Positions 31,046-40,646 of a DNA stretch of 64,000 bases are shown in pieces (position 1 is the stretch's first letter; each line of letters opens with the position of its first letter). A model generated the notes under the pieces. The model made no database searches. It was not told where the DNA came from and saw only the letters and a program-made list of their open reading frames with translations. Origin of the DNA: an uncultured Spirochaetota bacterium (lineage in GTDB: Bacteria; Spirochaetota; Spirochaetia; SZUA-6; DRHE01); contig CAVTQG010000049.1 of assembly GCA_963736785.1 (NCBI GenBank), positions 93,532-157,531 of the forward strand. The letters run 5' to 3'. The position numbers and the translations under genes are program-made.

Positions 31046-32290
31046 ATGAACGACGTAGGAGGGTTTCAGCGCCGTCTTTCCCAACGCCTGGCCGTATGGT
31101 CGGCCGGCAGCGTGGCGGGGGGTTCGGCCTTGATCCTGTGGGGCGGGACGCTGGCCCGGGGGGCGGGAATCCAGGCCGCCGCCTGGGGCGCGGCGGAGGC
31201 GGGCTTGGCGCTGGCCGGGCTGATGGGGGCCAGTCGCGCACTCTCCTCCGATGAACGGCGCCTGCGACTGGCGCTTTGGATCCACACGGCCCTGGACCTG
31301 GCCTGCCTGGCCGCGGCCTTAGTCCTGATCCTCCTGCCGGGGGGCGACGGCGCAGCCTGGCGGGGCCACGGCTGGGGCTTGCTCCTGCAGGGGGGCTTCC
31401 TGTTCTTCTTCCACCTGATCCACGCCCAGAGCGTGCCGACGCCGATCCCTGCCGTGCAGGCGCACTCTTTCGCCGGGGACGAGCACCGTTCCTTCCTGCT
31501 GGCCGGCGGCCGGCCCGCGGCGCTGCTGGTGCACGACCTGCCCGGCACGCCGGCGCAGATGCTGCCCCTGGGACTGTCCCTGCAGAAGGCCGGCTGGACT
31601 GCTCAGGGGATATCGCTGCCGGGCTTCGGCACCGACCTGGCCTCCCTCAGCCGCAGGGGAGCCCAGGACTGGTTGCGGTGCGTCGACTCCTCCCTGAGCG
31701 AGCTGCGCCGCCGGCACTCCCCGCTGGTGCTGATCGGCTTCGCGCTGGGCGGGGCGCTGGCCGTCGTGGCGGCTTCCGGCGCCGCGCTGGACGGCCTGGT
31801 GCTCCTGGCCCCCATATGGCGCATGGTCTCGGGGCCGACGCGCACAGTCGGCGCCCTGCTGCGCCCGTTCCTGCCCCGCTATTTCTACCCATTGCGCCGG
31901 GCCGACTTCCAGGACCCGGGCACCCGGGAGTTCCTGCGCGCCCTGGCCCCCGGGCTGGACCCCGAGGACCCGGCGATCGCCGCCGAGCTGCGGGGCCTGG
32001 GGGTGCCGGTGCGGCTGCTCGCGGAGGCCTTTGCCAGCGGCAACCGTTCCTACCGCTCGGCGGGGCGCGTGCGCTGCCCCACCCTGATCCTGCAGGGCAG
32101 CCACGACCTGCTGGCGCGGCCGGACTTCACGCGCCGCCTGTCCTGCCGTTTCAGCGAGCCGGCCCGCTACCTGGAGCTGCCGGCCGGCCACCGCCTGCTG
32201 GCCGAACGCGGGCCCTGCTGGGCGGAGGTGGAGAGGGCGGTGTTGGAGTTCGCCGGCGCGCTGTGCAACGCGGGTCTGCAGGCCACATGA
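31046..32290 (+). CDS. Membrane-anchored alpha/beta-hydrolase fold protein (nucleophile position is Ala)
   Basis: N-terminal ~150 aa has 4-5 TM helices. Hydrolase core HDLPGTP…LVLIGFALGGALAVV…LILQGSHDLL. The nucleophile elbow reads G-F-A-L-G (GCG, Ala) instead of G-x-S-x-G. Confidence 0.6.
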   Translation: MNDVGGFQRRLSQRLAVWSAGSVAGGSALILWGGTLARGAGIQAAAWGAAEAGLALAGLMGASRALSSDERRLRLALWIHTALDLACLAAALVLILLPGGDGAAWRGHGWGLLLQGGFLFFFHLIHAQSVPTPIPAVQAHSFAGDEHRSFLLAGGRPAALLVHDLPGTPAQMLPLGLSLQKAGWTAQGISLPGFGTDLASLSRRGAQDWLRCVDSSLSELRRRHSPLVLIGFALGGALAVVAASGAALDGLVLLAPIWRMVSGPTRTVGALLRPFLPRYFYPLRRADFQDPGTREFLRALAPGLDPEDPAIAAELRGLGVPVRLLAEAFASGNRSYRSAGRVRCPTLILQGSHDLLARPDFTRRLSCRFSEPARYLELPAGHRLLAERGPCWAEVERAVLEFAGALCNAGLQAT

Positions 32291-33180
32291 GCGCGCGCGC
32301 CGACTTTGTGCCGGGCATCCTGGCCCCCGCGCCGGCGCCGCCGGATTCCCTGTGCTTCGCCTTCCGGGGCAGCCGTCTGCTGGTGCGGCGCGCCGCGGCT
32401 CCGGCCGCCGTGAGCTCTGCCAGCGTTGCGCTCGTGCCGCGCCTGGCCGAGCTGCTGGGACTGGGCCTGACGCCCGCGCGCCGGCAGTTCCTGGGACTGG
32501 CCGGCGGGCTGCCCTGCTTCGCCTGGGAGTTGGACCCCGGCTCACCGGAGCCGGCGGGCCTGGAGTTCGCGGAGCTGCGGGGATTGTGGGGGGCGCTCGC
32601 CGAGCGGGAGTTCTGGCTCGCCGGCAGGGCCTTCCAGATCATGGATTGGGACCGCACCCACCAGTACTGCGGCCGCTGCGGCGCGCCCATGCAGTCCAAG
32701 GACCACGAACGGGCCAAACTGTGCCCCGCCTGCGGCCTGTTGAGTTATCCGCGGGTGTCGCCGGCAATCATCGTGGCCGTGGTGCGCGGAGATACCCTCC
32801 TGCTGGCCCGGGCGAGCCGTTTTGCCACGGACATGTACAGCGTGATCGCCGGCTTCGTGGAAGCCGGCGAGTCCCTGGAGGAGTGCATCCATCGGGAGGT
32901 GCGCGAGGAGGTCGGCCTGGCCGTGCGCGACCTGGCCTATTTCTCGAGCCAGCCCTGGCCCTTTCCCCACTCCCTCATGCTGGCCTTCACCGCCCGGCAC
33001 GCGGGCGGGGAGATCAGGATCGACGGACAGGAGATCGTGGACGCCGGCTGGTACCGGGCCGGGAGCATGCCCCGCATCCCGGAGCCTATCAGCGTGGCCC
33101 GCCGCCTGATCGACTGGTTCGTGGCGCGGATTCTCAATAATCGGAAGCGCCCGCCCGCCCGGGCGACCCATCCGCCTTGA
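32287..33180 (+). CDS. nudC: NAD+ diphosphatase (NudC, Nudix hydrolase with zinc ribbon)
   Basis: CGRCGAPMQSKDHERAKLCPACG zinc ribbon; Nudix box GFVEAGESLEECIHREVREEVGL; ATGA overlap with the upstream gene. Confidence 0.8.
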   Translation: MSARADFVPGILAPAPAPPDSLCFAFRGSRLLVRRAAAPAAVSSASVALVPRLAELLGLGLTPARRQFLGLAGGLPCFAWELDPGSPEPAGLEFAELRGLWGALAEREFWLAGRAFQIMDWDRTHQYCGRCGAPMQSKDHERAKLCPACGLLSYPRVSPAIIVAVVRGDTLLLARASRFATDMYSVIAGFVEAGESLEECIHREVREEVGLAVRDLAYFSSQPWPFPHSLMLAFTARHAGGEIRIDGQEIVDAGWYRAGSMPRIPEPISVARRLIDWFVARILNNRKRPPARATHPP

Positions 33181-33184
33181 AATC

Positions 33185-33214
33185 GCTGCCCCAAGTGTCG
33201 TACCGTGGGGCAGC
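33185..33214 (+). terminator. GC-rich hairpin downstream of nudC (terminator-like, no U-tract)
   Basis: gctgcccca (33185-33193), 12-nt loop, tggggcagc (33206-33214): a 9-bp perfect stem. Confidence 0.3.
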
Positions 33215-33249
33215 CGAAAGCGCCAGATGATTCAGCAACGGAGCATTTA

Positions 33250-34203
33250 ATGGAAAACAACCTGCTCGTAATCGCTCTGGGGGGCAACGCCATCAAACAG
33301 GCGGAAGAGAAGGGCACCACGGAGGAGCAGTTCCGCAACGTGGACCTCACCGCCAGGCAGATCGCCAAGATCGCCCGCGAGGGCTACCGCCTGGTGGTCA
33401 CCCACGGCAACGGGCCCCAGGCTGGCGCCCTGCTCATCCAGCAGGAGGAAGGCGAGCCGGACATCCCCGCCCAGAGCCTGGCCGCCTGCGGTGCCATGAC
33501 CCAGGGGCAGATCGGCTGGATGATCCAAAACCGCCTGGCCTTTTGGCTGCGCCGGGAAGGGATCCACACCCCGGTGTGCACGGTGGTAACCCAGGTGGTG
33601 GTGAGCGAGCAGGACCCCGACTTCCAGGACCCCAGCAAGCCCGTGGGCCCTTTCTACACCCGCGAGGAGGCCTGCCGGCTGCAAACCGAGAAGCAATACG
33701 TGGTCAAGGAAGTCAAACCCACGTCGGCCAAGGGGTGGCGGCGCGTGGTGCCCTCCCCCGAGCCGCAGGACATCGTGGAGAAGGATGCGATCAACGCGCT
33801 GCTGGCCGGCGGCGCCATCGTGATCGCTTCCGGCGGCGGGGGCATTCCCGTGCGGCGCAACGGGGACGGCAGCTACAGCGGCGTGGAGGCGGTCATCGAC
33901 AAGGACCGGGCTGGCTTCGTGCTGGCCCAGGCGGTGAGCGCCCAGGCCTTCCTGATCCTGACGGACGTGGAGAAGGTCTACCTGCGCTACGGCAAGCCGG
34001 ACGCGTCGTCCCTGGACCGGCTCACCGTGGCCCAGGCCCAGGGCTATCTGGCCGAGGGCCACTTCCTGGCGGGTTCCATGGGCCCGAAAATCGAGGCGGC
34101 CCTGCGCTTCGCCCGCTGGAGCCGGGGCGAGGCGATCATCACCTCTTTGAACAAGGCTTTGGAAGCCATGCTCGGGAGGACGGGGACCCGCATCTGCCCG
34201 TAG
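33250..34203 (+). CDS. arcC: Carbamate kinase
   Basis: N-terminus MENNLLVIALGGNAI; VTHGNGPQ; C-terminus GSMGPKIEAALRFA. GGAG RBS 9 nt upstream of the ATG at 33250. Confidence 0.8.
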   Translation: MENNLLVIALGGNAIKQAEEKGTTEEQFRNVDLTARQIAKIAREGYRLVVTHGNGPQAGALLIQQEEGEPDIPAQSLAACGAMTQGQIGWMIQNRLAFWLRREGIHTPVCTVVTQVVVSEQDPDFQDPSKPVGPFYTREEACRLQTEKQYVVKEVKPTSAKGWRRVVPSPEPQDIVEKDAINALLAGGAIVIASGGGGIPVRRNGDGSYSGVEAVIDKDRAGFVLAQAVSAQAFLILTDVEKVYLRYGKPDASSLDRLTVAQAQGYLAEGHFLAGSMGPKIEAALRFARWSRGEAIITSLNKALEAMLGRTGTRICP

Positions 34204-34211
34204 ATCGCCCC

Positions 34212-34700
34212 ATGCCGTACAACTTCTCCTGGGTCATTCCCGGCCGGTTGGCCGGGCTGTCGCAGCCGGGGCGGGGCGAAGCCCGCGATTTGCGGCGCGG
34301 CGGCCTGGCCGCGGAGCTGGCGGAGCTGCGGGCCCTGGGCCTGCACTGCCTGGTTTCGCTCACGGAGTCGGCCGCCGACTTCGGTCCCGCCTGCGCCGCC
34401 GCGGGCCTGGCCTGGGAGTACTTCCCCATCCCGGAGTTCGACGTCCCCGAGGACGCGCAAGCTTTCCATCGCCTGGTGGAGAGGCTATCGGCGCGCCTGG
34501 CCAGGGGGCAGGCGGTGGCCGCCCACTGCTACGCCGGCGTGGGGCGCACCGGACTGCTGCTGGCCTGCCTCTTGGGCCGCCTGGAGCACCTGCCCGGGGA
34601 GGAGGCGATCCGCCGCCTGCGGCTGCTGCGCCCGGCCCTCGAGACCCCGGAGCAGGAGCAGTTCGTACGGCGCTATCTGCGGCGCGAGCCTGCCGGCTAG
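34212..34700 (+). CDS. Dual-specificity / tyrosine protein phosphatase (CX5R)
   Basis: Active-site signature HCYAGVGRTG (HCxAGxGRT). Confidence 0.7.
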   Translation: MPYNFSWVIPGRLAGLSQPGRGEARDLRRGGLAAELAELRALGLHCLVSLTESAADFGPACAAAGLAWEYFPIPEFDVPEDAQAFHRLVERLSARLARGQAVAAHCYAGVGRTGLLLACLLGRLEHLPGEEAIRRLRLLRPALETPEQEQFVRRYLRREPAG

Positions 34701-35761
34701 CGGCGCTTCAGCCTGGCAGCCCCGTCCCCAGCTCCCGCTAGAAGGAACTCACGGATCCTGATCCGCTTCAGTTCCCTCCCGGCCTCCAGCCCATAAAAGC
34801 AGATGTTCACGTCCCTGTAGCCGGCTTCGACCGGGTAATCCAGGTAGACCAGGATCGAACCGTGGACGCCCAGCACGTGGGCCACGGGGCCCTGCAGCGT
34901 CCGCACTTGTGGAACCTCGCGCAGCATCGGGTCCAGCAGGAGCAGCTCGGTATTGCCTTCGTCGTTGCCGCAGAACAGCAGCACCTGCCCACCGGCCGCG
35001 TACAATCCGCGCAGCGGACCGGGGGCCTTTTCCCAGCCGCCGAGCAACTCCGTCGTGCGCGCGTCCCGGATCTCGACCCGACCGAGGCGGGGATCGTCCT
35101 TGGTGGGCAGGTAGCCGAGGTACAGCAATCCCCCGTCGGTGGCCAGCTTCCAGAAATAGCCCGCATCGGCCAAGCGGAGCACCTCGCGGACCCGGTTGGC
35201 CGTCCCGTCGATCTGGTAGAGATAGGAGTTCTGGTAGTCTTCCTTGCGCACCCCCTCCGCCGCCAGGTACACGAATCCCGCCGCCTGGGCCAGGTCGGTT
35301 TGCAGCCCCGCGATGCCCGTGAGCTCCCGCAGCAGCGCCTTGCCCCGCGTGTCGACCACGGACAGCGTGAAGCCTGCCTTCGTCCGCGAGCTGTGGGTCA
35401 CGTACGCCCTGCCGTCGGGGGCGATGAGAAGGCTGTGGGGTTTGTGCGGCAGCGCCACCCGGGCGACCATCTCCCCGCTGGCCGCGTCCAGCGCGGCCAG
35501 GTGGCGCGGTTCCAGCCTGCCCCAGATCCAGCCCTGCGGGTCCGCGGCGACCGCGGGAGCCGCGGGGGAGAGCGTGCCTACCAGGCGCAGCCCCAGGCTC
35601 GAGGTGTCGGCCAGCAGGACCTTGCCGAAATAGATGAATGGGAATGCCGCCGGCGCGGATTCCCCGGAGCAAAGGGCGGCGCGGCACAGCAGCAGCAGAA
35701 CGGGAACCAGACTTCTCACTCGGCAAGCATAGGGCAAGCCCCGGCCCGGCCGCAAGACCAA
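34697..35761 (-). CDS. Secreted beta-propeller-like protein of unknown function
   Basis: Signal-like segment RSLVPVLLLLCRAALCSG, then repeated …DGRAYVTHS / …GGLLYLGY blocks. Possible alternative GTG start near 35719. Confidence 0.5.
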   Translation of the reverse strand: MVLRPGRGLPYACRVRSLVPVLLLLCRAALCSGESAPAAFPFIYFGKVLLADTSSLGLRLVGTLSPAAPAVAADPQGWIWGRLEPRHLAALDAASGEMVARVALPHKPHSLLIAPDGRAYVTHSSRTKAGFTLSVVDTRGKALLRELTGIAGLQTDLAQAAGFVYLAAEGVRKEDYQNSYLYQIDGTANRVREVLRLADAGYFWKLATDGGLLYLGYLPTKDDPRLGRVEIRDARTTELLGGWEKAPGPLRGLYAAGGQVLLFCGNDEGNTELLLLDPMLREVPQVRTLQGPVAHVLGVHGSILVYLDYPVEAGYRDVNICFYGLEAGRELKRIRIREFLLAGAGDGAARLKRR

Positions 35762-35803
35762 TGCCGGGCCAGGCCAAAGCCGGAAGCACCGCCTTCTGCC
35801 ACC

Positions 35804-35832
35804 TTGACAGCCTATGTACCTTGTGTAACTAT
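35804..35832 (+). promoter_or_regulatory. Sigma70-like promoter in an AT-rich island upstream of the small outer-membrane protein gene
   Basis: TTGACA (35804-35809), 16-17 nt spacer, TAACTAT (35826-35832). Strong RBS AGGAGG (35856-35861) lies 8 nt before the ATG at 35870. Confidence 0.5.
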
Positions 35833-35869
35833 GCTTTTATCAACCCAACGCTCGCAGGAGGTAGGAAAG

Positions 35870-36609
35870 ATGAGAAGGACAAAGCTTCTGCTTTCGCTCG
35901 TGATTGTGATGCTCCTGGGCGCGGCCTACGGCCTCACCGCCCTGGGCCTGGACGTCGAGCTTAAAGGCGGAGGGGGCCTGGCCATGGGCGCCACCGACGA
36001 CTCGAACAAGTCCGGCGAGGTGCGCTATGCGCTGGATGCCGGCCTTGAGCCTGGATCTCTATTCGTCCTGAACTGGGTCCGCATGTGCCTTGGGCCTCTC
36101 CGGCGGCGCCGGGTACGCCAACCTGCACTACCATGGCGTCGGGAGAGCTTCCCGACCCCTCCGCCGCTGCCAGCTATTCAGCCACCCAGACCTCCGATTC
36201 TGCGTATAACTACCTGTCTGTTCCCGTGTCGCGCTGGTCGGCGAAGCTTCGATATGGCGAGCGCACGCTCTCTCACCCTGCGCGGCGGAGGCTTCGCCGG
36301 ATACTTCCTTTCCGGCACGACCGGACCTGACCTATACAACCGAAGCTGCCGCTCGTATGGGTGAGCGACGAGTACGCCGCTGGATGACTACCAACACGGA
36401 GCTGTGGATGTACGGGCTGTCCTTCTACGCGGGGCTGGACCTGTCCAGTCAAGGGCAGGCTGAGCATCGTTCCCTCCCTCGAGTTCAACCTCGGCCTCAC
36501 CGACACCACGGTCGATCAGGAGATCGCCTTCGTGCACCCTCCGGCTTCCAAGGACACCTTCTGGGCGCTGACGGCGAACGTGGGCATCCGCTACAGCCTG
36601 CTGCAGTAA
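35870..36609 (+). CDS. Small outer-membrane beta-barrel protein (~245 aa); at least two frame shifts
   Basis: Signal peptide MRRTKLLLSLVIVMLLGAAYG. C-terminal beta-strand region …LEFNLGLTDTTVDQEIAFVHPPASKDTFWALTANVGIRYSLLQ* sits in a different frame from the N-terminus. Followed by a hairpin terminator. Confidence 0.5.
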
Positions 36610-36627
36610 GCGCTCGCCTGCAAATCA

Positions 36628-36656
36628 AGCGGCCCGGCCCTGCCGGGCCGCTTTCC
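36628..36656 (+). terminator. Rho-independent terminator-like hairpin
   Basis: agcggcccgg (36628-36637), loop ccctg, ccgggccgct (36643-36652), then TTT: a 10-bp GC stem with a short U-tract. Confidence 0.45.
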
Positions 36657-36739
36657 CGAGACCTGCACACCGGTCCCGCGCAATAGCCGCCACCTTCCCC
36701 GCCGTTGGCGTGGAACGGCACAGCAGCTACATTGTGCTC

Positions 36740-37552
36740 ATGACCGTCGGAATCGACGTCGGGATCAGCACGACGAAAATCGCTGCTCTGGACGGCGGGG
36801 TCCCGCGAGGTTTCTGCACCGTGCCGGTCGTTCCTGAGGACCCGGTGGCCTCGGCCTCCGGCGCGCTGGGCAGCCTGCTGCGCGACCAGGGCCGGCCGCT
36901 CTCCTCTATCCGGAGGCTGGCCGTCACCGGAGTCGGGTCCGCCCCCATCGGCGAGGAGCTATTCGGCCTGGCCTGCACGCGGGTCAGCGAGTTTCAGGCC
37001 ACGGGGCGTGGCGGGCTGTTCCTGTCGGGGCTGGAGCGGGCGGTCGTGGTCAGCATGGGCACGGGCACTTCCATTGTCCGCGCCGGGGGCGACGGAATCC
37101 GGCACCTGGGCGGCTCCGGCGTGGGCGGCGGCACGCTGCTGGGGTTGTCCAGGGCCATCCTGCACACCACCGACGTGCCCGCCATTCTCGAGGCCGCCGC
37201 CGCCGGAAACCTGGCCAACGTGGACTTGCGGATTGTGGACCTCCTGCCGGACAACCTCGAGAACCTGCCCGGATTCGCCACCGCCTCCAACTTCGGGCGC
37301 CTCGGCGGCCGGGCCGGGCCCGCGGACTACGCACTGGGCATCCTCAACCTGATCTTCCAGACCATCGGCCTGCTGGCGGCGTTCGCCGCCCGCCAGGAAG
37401 GCCTGGCCGATATCGTGCTTGCCGGCCGGCTGGCCACGATTCCCCAGGCCCGGGAGATCTTCGCCGGCATCGCCGCGTTGCACCCGGTGCGCTTTCATTT
37501 CCCGGAGAACCCGGAGTACGCCACCGCCCTGGGTGCGGCCCTGTCCCTTTAA
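36740..37552 (+). CDS. ASKHA-superfamily kinase (Fumble/type II pantothenate kinase-like or BadF/BadG-like)
   Basis: MTVGIDVGISTTKIAAL (phosphate-1), VVSMGTGTSIV, HLGGSGVGGGTLLGL (adenosine/phosphate-2 motifs). Confidence 0.55.
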   Translation: MTVGIDVGISTTKIAALDGGVPRGFCTVPVVPEDPVASASGALGSLLRDQGRPLSSIRRLAVTGVGSAPIGEELFGLACTRVSEFQATGRGGLFLSGLERAVVVSMGTGTSIVRAGGDGIRHLGGSGVGGGTLLGLSRAILHTTDVPAILEAAAAGNLANVDLRIVDLLPDNLENLPGFATASNFGRLGGRAGPADYALGILNLIFQTIGLLAAFAARQEGLADIVLAGRLATIPQAREIFAGIAALHPVRFHFPENPEYATALGAALSL

Positions 37553-37611
37553 ATTGACTCTTCTGCCCGGGTTTCAGTATCGTTGAGACAGGCAGTTTGA
37601 GACCCGCGACA

Positions 37612-38644
37612 ATGGCCAAGCTCCTGCATGAAATCGAGTGGTCGGAGCCATTGCTCACGCCCCGGCCAGACACCAGCCCCGAGGCGGACCTCCAGGGGCG
37701 GTTGAGCCCCTGGCTGCGGAAGGCGGTGAGCACCCTGTCCGATCCGGACCGGGTCAGCCACGCCCCGCTTCACCTGATGGGCGTGTCCTACTTCGTCGCC
37801 TCCCAGGAGAACGCCTGCCGCTACTGCTACGGCATGGCCCGGGCCATCATGAAGATCGTGGGCTTCAAGGAGAAACAGATCCAGGACCTGGAGCACGAGG
37901 CCAGCCTGGCCGACGGGCTGACCCGGCTGGTGGTGGAGTTCGCCCGCAAGCTGGCCCGCTCCAATCCCTCGCCGGCCCGTAAGGACCAGGAAGCCCTGGT
38001 GGCCGCCGGGCTGAGCGAGGAGGCGGCCTGCGAGATCGCCGCCAACGTGGTGAAGGCCTGCTTCGCCAACCGGGTCAGCACCTTCCTGGCCCTGCCGCCC
38101 AACGAGGCCGTGGAGAGACTGCCGGACGGCCTGTTCGGCAGGGTCCGGGGCTTGTTCCTCGGCCGAAAATTCGGGGGCCGGCGAGTGCCGCCGCCGGCGC
38201 AGTTCCGCAACGAAGGCCCCTGCGCCCGGATCATCGAGGCGGCGGGCAACAATCCCATCGCGGCCTGGCTGCGCGAGCTCACCGACGGCTGGCTGGCCTC
38301 GCGAACTGCTGCCCAGGCGCAGCAAACTGCTGATCCTGGCCGTCATCGCCCGGCAGCTGGGCTCCCAGCTTTGCGAGGAGGAGGCCACCGACGGCCTGGC
38401 CCGGGAGGGCTTCGGCGCGCAGGAGACGCAGAGCCTCCTGGCCACGCTGAGCGCGGCCTCCATGACCGACCTGGAGGCCACGCTGCTGCGCTGGACCCGG
38501 GAAACGGTCTGGTACGAGCCGCGCACCATCCAGAACAGCACCCGCCGGCTGCTGGCCGAGGTGGGCGAGCAGCGCGCGCTGGAAGCCCTGGGCAGCGCGG
38601 CGGTCTGCAACACCCTGGCCCGGCTGGCGCTGGTGCGGCAGTGA
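37612..38644 (+). CDS. Tandem AhpD-like / carboxymuconolactone-decarboxylase-family domain protein; frame shift near 38305
   Basis: First domain …SQENACRYCYGMARA (CxxC-type AhpD-like core). Second domain (ORF 38462..38644 and the upstream frame) …TRETVWYEPRTIQNSTRRLLAEVGEQRALEALGSAAVCNTLARL. Confidence 0.55.
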
Positions 38645-39469
38645 GCCTGTACCCGACCCTCCTGGTCCTGCTGGCCGCCGCTCTGCTGGCCTGCGGCGCG
38701 CTGGGCGCGGCGGTGGCCCGGCTGCAGAGCCAGCGACGCCTCCTGGGACAGGCGGCTGGAGCAGAGCGCCCGGGAGCTGGACCGCCTGCAGCGCTCCTTC
38801 GCCCGTTTCGCCCCCGCCGAGCTGGTGGAGCGCATCGCCACCGAGGGTCAGCTGGCCGGCGGGGAGCGGCGGGAGGTCACCGTGCTGTTCGCGGACCTGC
38901 GCGATTTCACGCAGCTGAGCGAGCGCCTGGACGCGGCGGTGGTGCTGGGCCTGCTCAACGGCTACTTCCAGGCCATGAGCGCCGCCATCCAGTCCCACCA
39001 CGGACACGTCACCCGCCTGATGGGCGACGGCATCATGAGCGTGTTCGGGGCGCTGGAGCGCAACCCCTGGCACGTGCAGGACGCGGTGGAGGCGGCCCTG
39101 GACATGCGCCAGTCCCTGGCCCGCTACAACGAGAGCCTCGCTCAGCGCGGGCTGCCGGCCCTGGCCTTCGGGGTGGGCATCCACTGCGGCGCGGTGATCG
39201 CCGGCCTGGTGGGCAGCGATAGGATGCAGGAGTTCACGGTCCTGGGCGACGTGGTCAACGTGGCCTCGCGCGTGGAGGCGTTGACCCGCCGGCTGGGAGG
39301 CGACATCCTGGTGACCGAGGATGTCCGCTCCGTTCTGGGGGACCGTTTCCTGATGGCAGCGATGCCCCCCGCGGACATCAAGGGCAAGAGCCGGCCCATC
39401 CTCACCTGGGCGGTGCAGTCCCTCGCGCTTCCAGCGATGGCCGCGGAGCGCGAAGTCTCAGTACATTGA
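38641..39469 (+). CDS. Membrane-anchored class III adenylate/guanylate cyclase; frame shift near 38740
   Basis: GTG start overlapping the upstream stop (GTGA). N-terminal TM segment LYPTLLVLLAAALLACGALGAAV. Cyclase domain VTVLFADLRDFTQLSE…TRLMGDGIMSVFG…GVGIHCGAVIAGLVGS. Confidence 0.7.
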
Positions 39470-39473
39470 GAAC

Positions 39474-40001
39474 ATGAACTCTCGCCTTATTGCGGCCGGG
39501 CTGGGCGCGCTGATCCTGACCGCCGCCCTGGCTTCGGCCCAGACTCTGTCCCTCACCGGCTCGGCCCCCACGCTCGACGGGGTCGTGGCCGCGAACGAAT
39601 ATTCTCTATCGTTGCCCGTGGGCAAGATCACCCTTTCGGCCTCCCGCACCGCTGACACGGTGTACCTGGCGGTGAGCGCGCCGACCACCGGCTGGGTTTC
39701 GGTGGGCTTCGGCTCGGAGCTCATGGACGGGGCGGATCTTTTCCTAGGCTGCGTGACGGGCGGGAAGCCCAGCTTCACCCAGCAGCTGGGGTCGGAGCAC
39801 ACCCACAGCCGGCTTCCCTCGCCGCTGGCGGTGCGCGACGCGCTGCGCGAGGCCGGCGGCGTCACCACCTTGGAGACCGCGTTCAAGTCCGGGGACGTGA
39901 TCGGCGGGAAGAAGGAGCTCTGGGTGCTGGTGGCTTACGGCGCCGACGATTCCTTCTCCAGCTACCACCTGGCCCGGGGCAGCATCAAGCTCAAGCTCTG
40001 A
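39474..40001 (+). CDS. Secreted protein of unknown function (possibly DOMON-like)
   Basis: Signal peptide MNSRLIAAGLGALILTAALASAQ; ~150 aa mature beta-rich domain. Starts 4 nt after the cyclase stop. Confidence 0.5.
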   Translation: MNSRLIAAGLGALILTAALASAQTLSLTGSAPTLDGVVAANEYSLSLPVGKITLSASRTADTVYLAVSAPTTGWVSVGFGSELMDGADLFLGCVTGGKPSFTQQLGSEHTHSRLPSPLAVRDALREAGGVTTLETAFKSGDVIGGKKELWVLVAYGADDSFSSYHLARGSIKLKL

Positions 40002-40023
40002 ACCCGGCCGGCATCCTGGCCGC

Positions 40024-40593
40024 TCAGCCCAGGATGGCCTCGTTGGTCCAGGTGTAGTCCGAGCCCCACAGCAGGCGCAGCAGGCCGATCTGGCCGGAGT
40101 GATAGGCCCAGTGCCACTGGAGCTGGGTGACCACCCCGCGCACGTTCACCGTCCGGCCGCCGGCCTGCAGCGGGGCGCCGATGTCCGCCACCCGGCTCAG
40201 GGTCGGGCCCGTGTAGCTCTCCTGCACCCGGCGGCAGAAGGCAATCAGCTCCGCCGCCGCGCCGGCCGGCACGGGGGGCTGGTCGAACGCGGTGAGCGCT
40301 CCGATGTCCAGGCTGCCCTGCAAATCCCCCGGAATCGGCTCCCGGGTGAGCCGGGAGACCCAGGTGGCCTCCGCCCAGGCCAGGTGCGCCGTCAGGCGGC
40401 CGATGGAAAGCTTCGTTTCCGGCGGAGAGAAGTCCAGCGCTTCCTGGGGCAGGTCGACGATCTGGTCGTATACCCGCTCGGCCAGCTCGCGCAGCCAGGC
40501 CGCCATGGCGCCCAGCTCCGGGTTCAAATACCCTGGCAGAGAGGGAAGGCCGTAGCGGCGCGGCCGCCCGGTCTTGGTGGGAATCTTTTCCAT
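40024..40593 (-). CDS. DinB/YfiT-like superfamily protein
   Basis: Internal start MEKIPTK at 40593. …HLAWAEATWVSRL…QLQWHWAYHSGQIGLLRLL (four-helix metal-binding DinB-like pattern). The N-terminal 143 codons of ORF 40024..41022 are GC-frame artefact. Confidence 0.55.
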   Translation of the reverse strand: MEKIPTKTGRPRRYGLPSLPGYLNPELGAMAAWLRELAERVYDQIVDLPQEALDFSPPETKLSIGRLTAHLAWAEATWVSRLTREPIPGDLQGSLDIGALTAFDQPPVPAGAAAELIAFCRRVQESYTGPTLSRVADIGAPLQAGGRTVNVRGVVTQLQWHWAYHSGQIGLLRLLWGSDYTWTNEAILG

Positions 40594-40646
40594 ATCCGAT
40601 TGAAGCCAGGATTCGCCGGCCTTGTCAAACCCGCCGGGCGCCGCGC

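Noticed and set aside
34862-36364. 500-aa plus-strand ORF
   Set aside because: The first ~330 codons are antisense to the beta-propeller gene. Only the 3' portion, from the ATG at 35870, matches the real small OMP gene.
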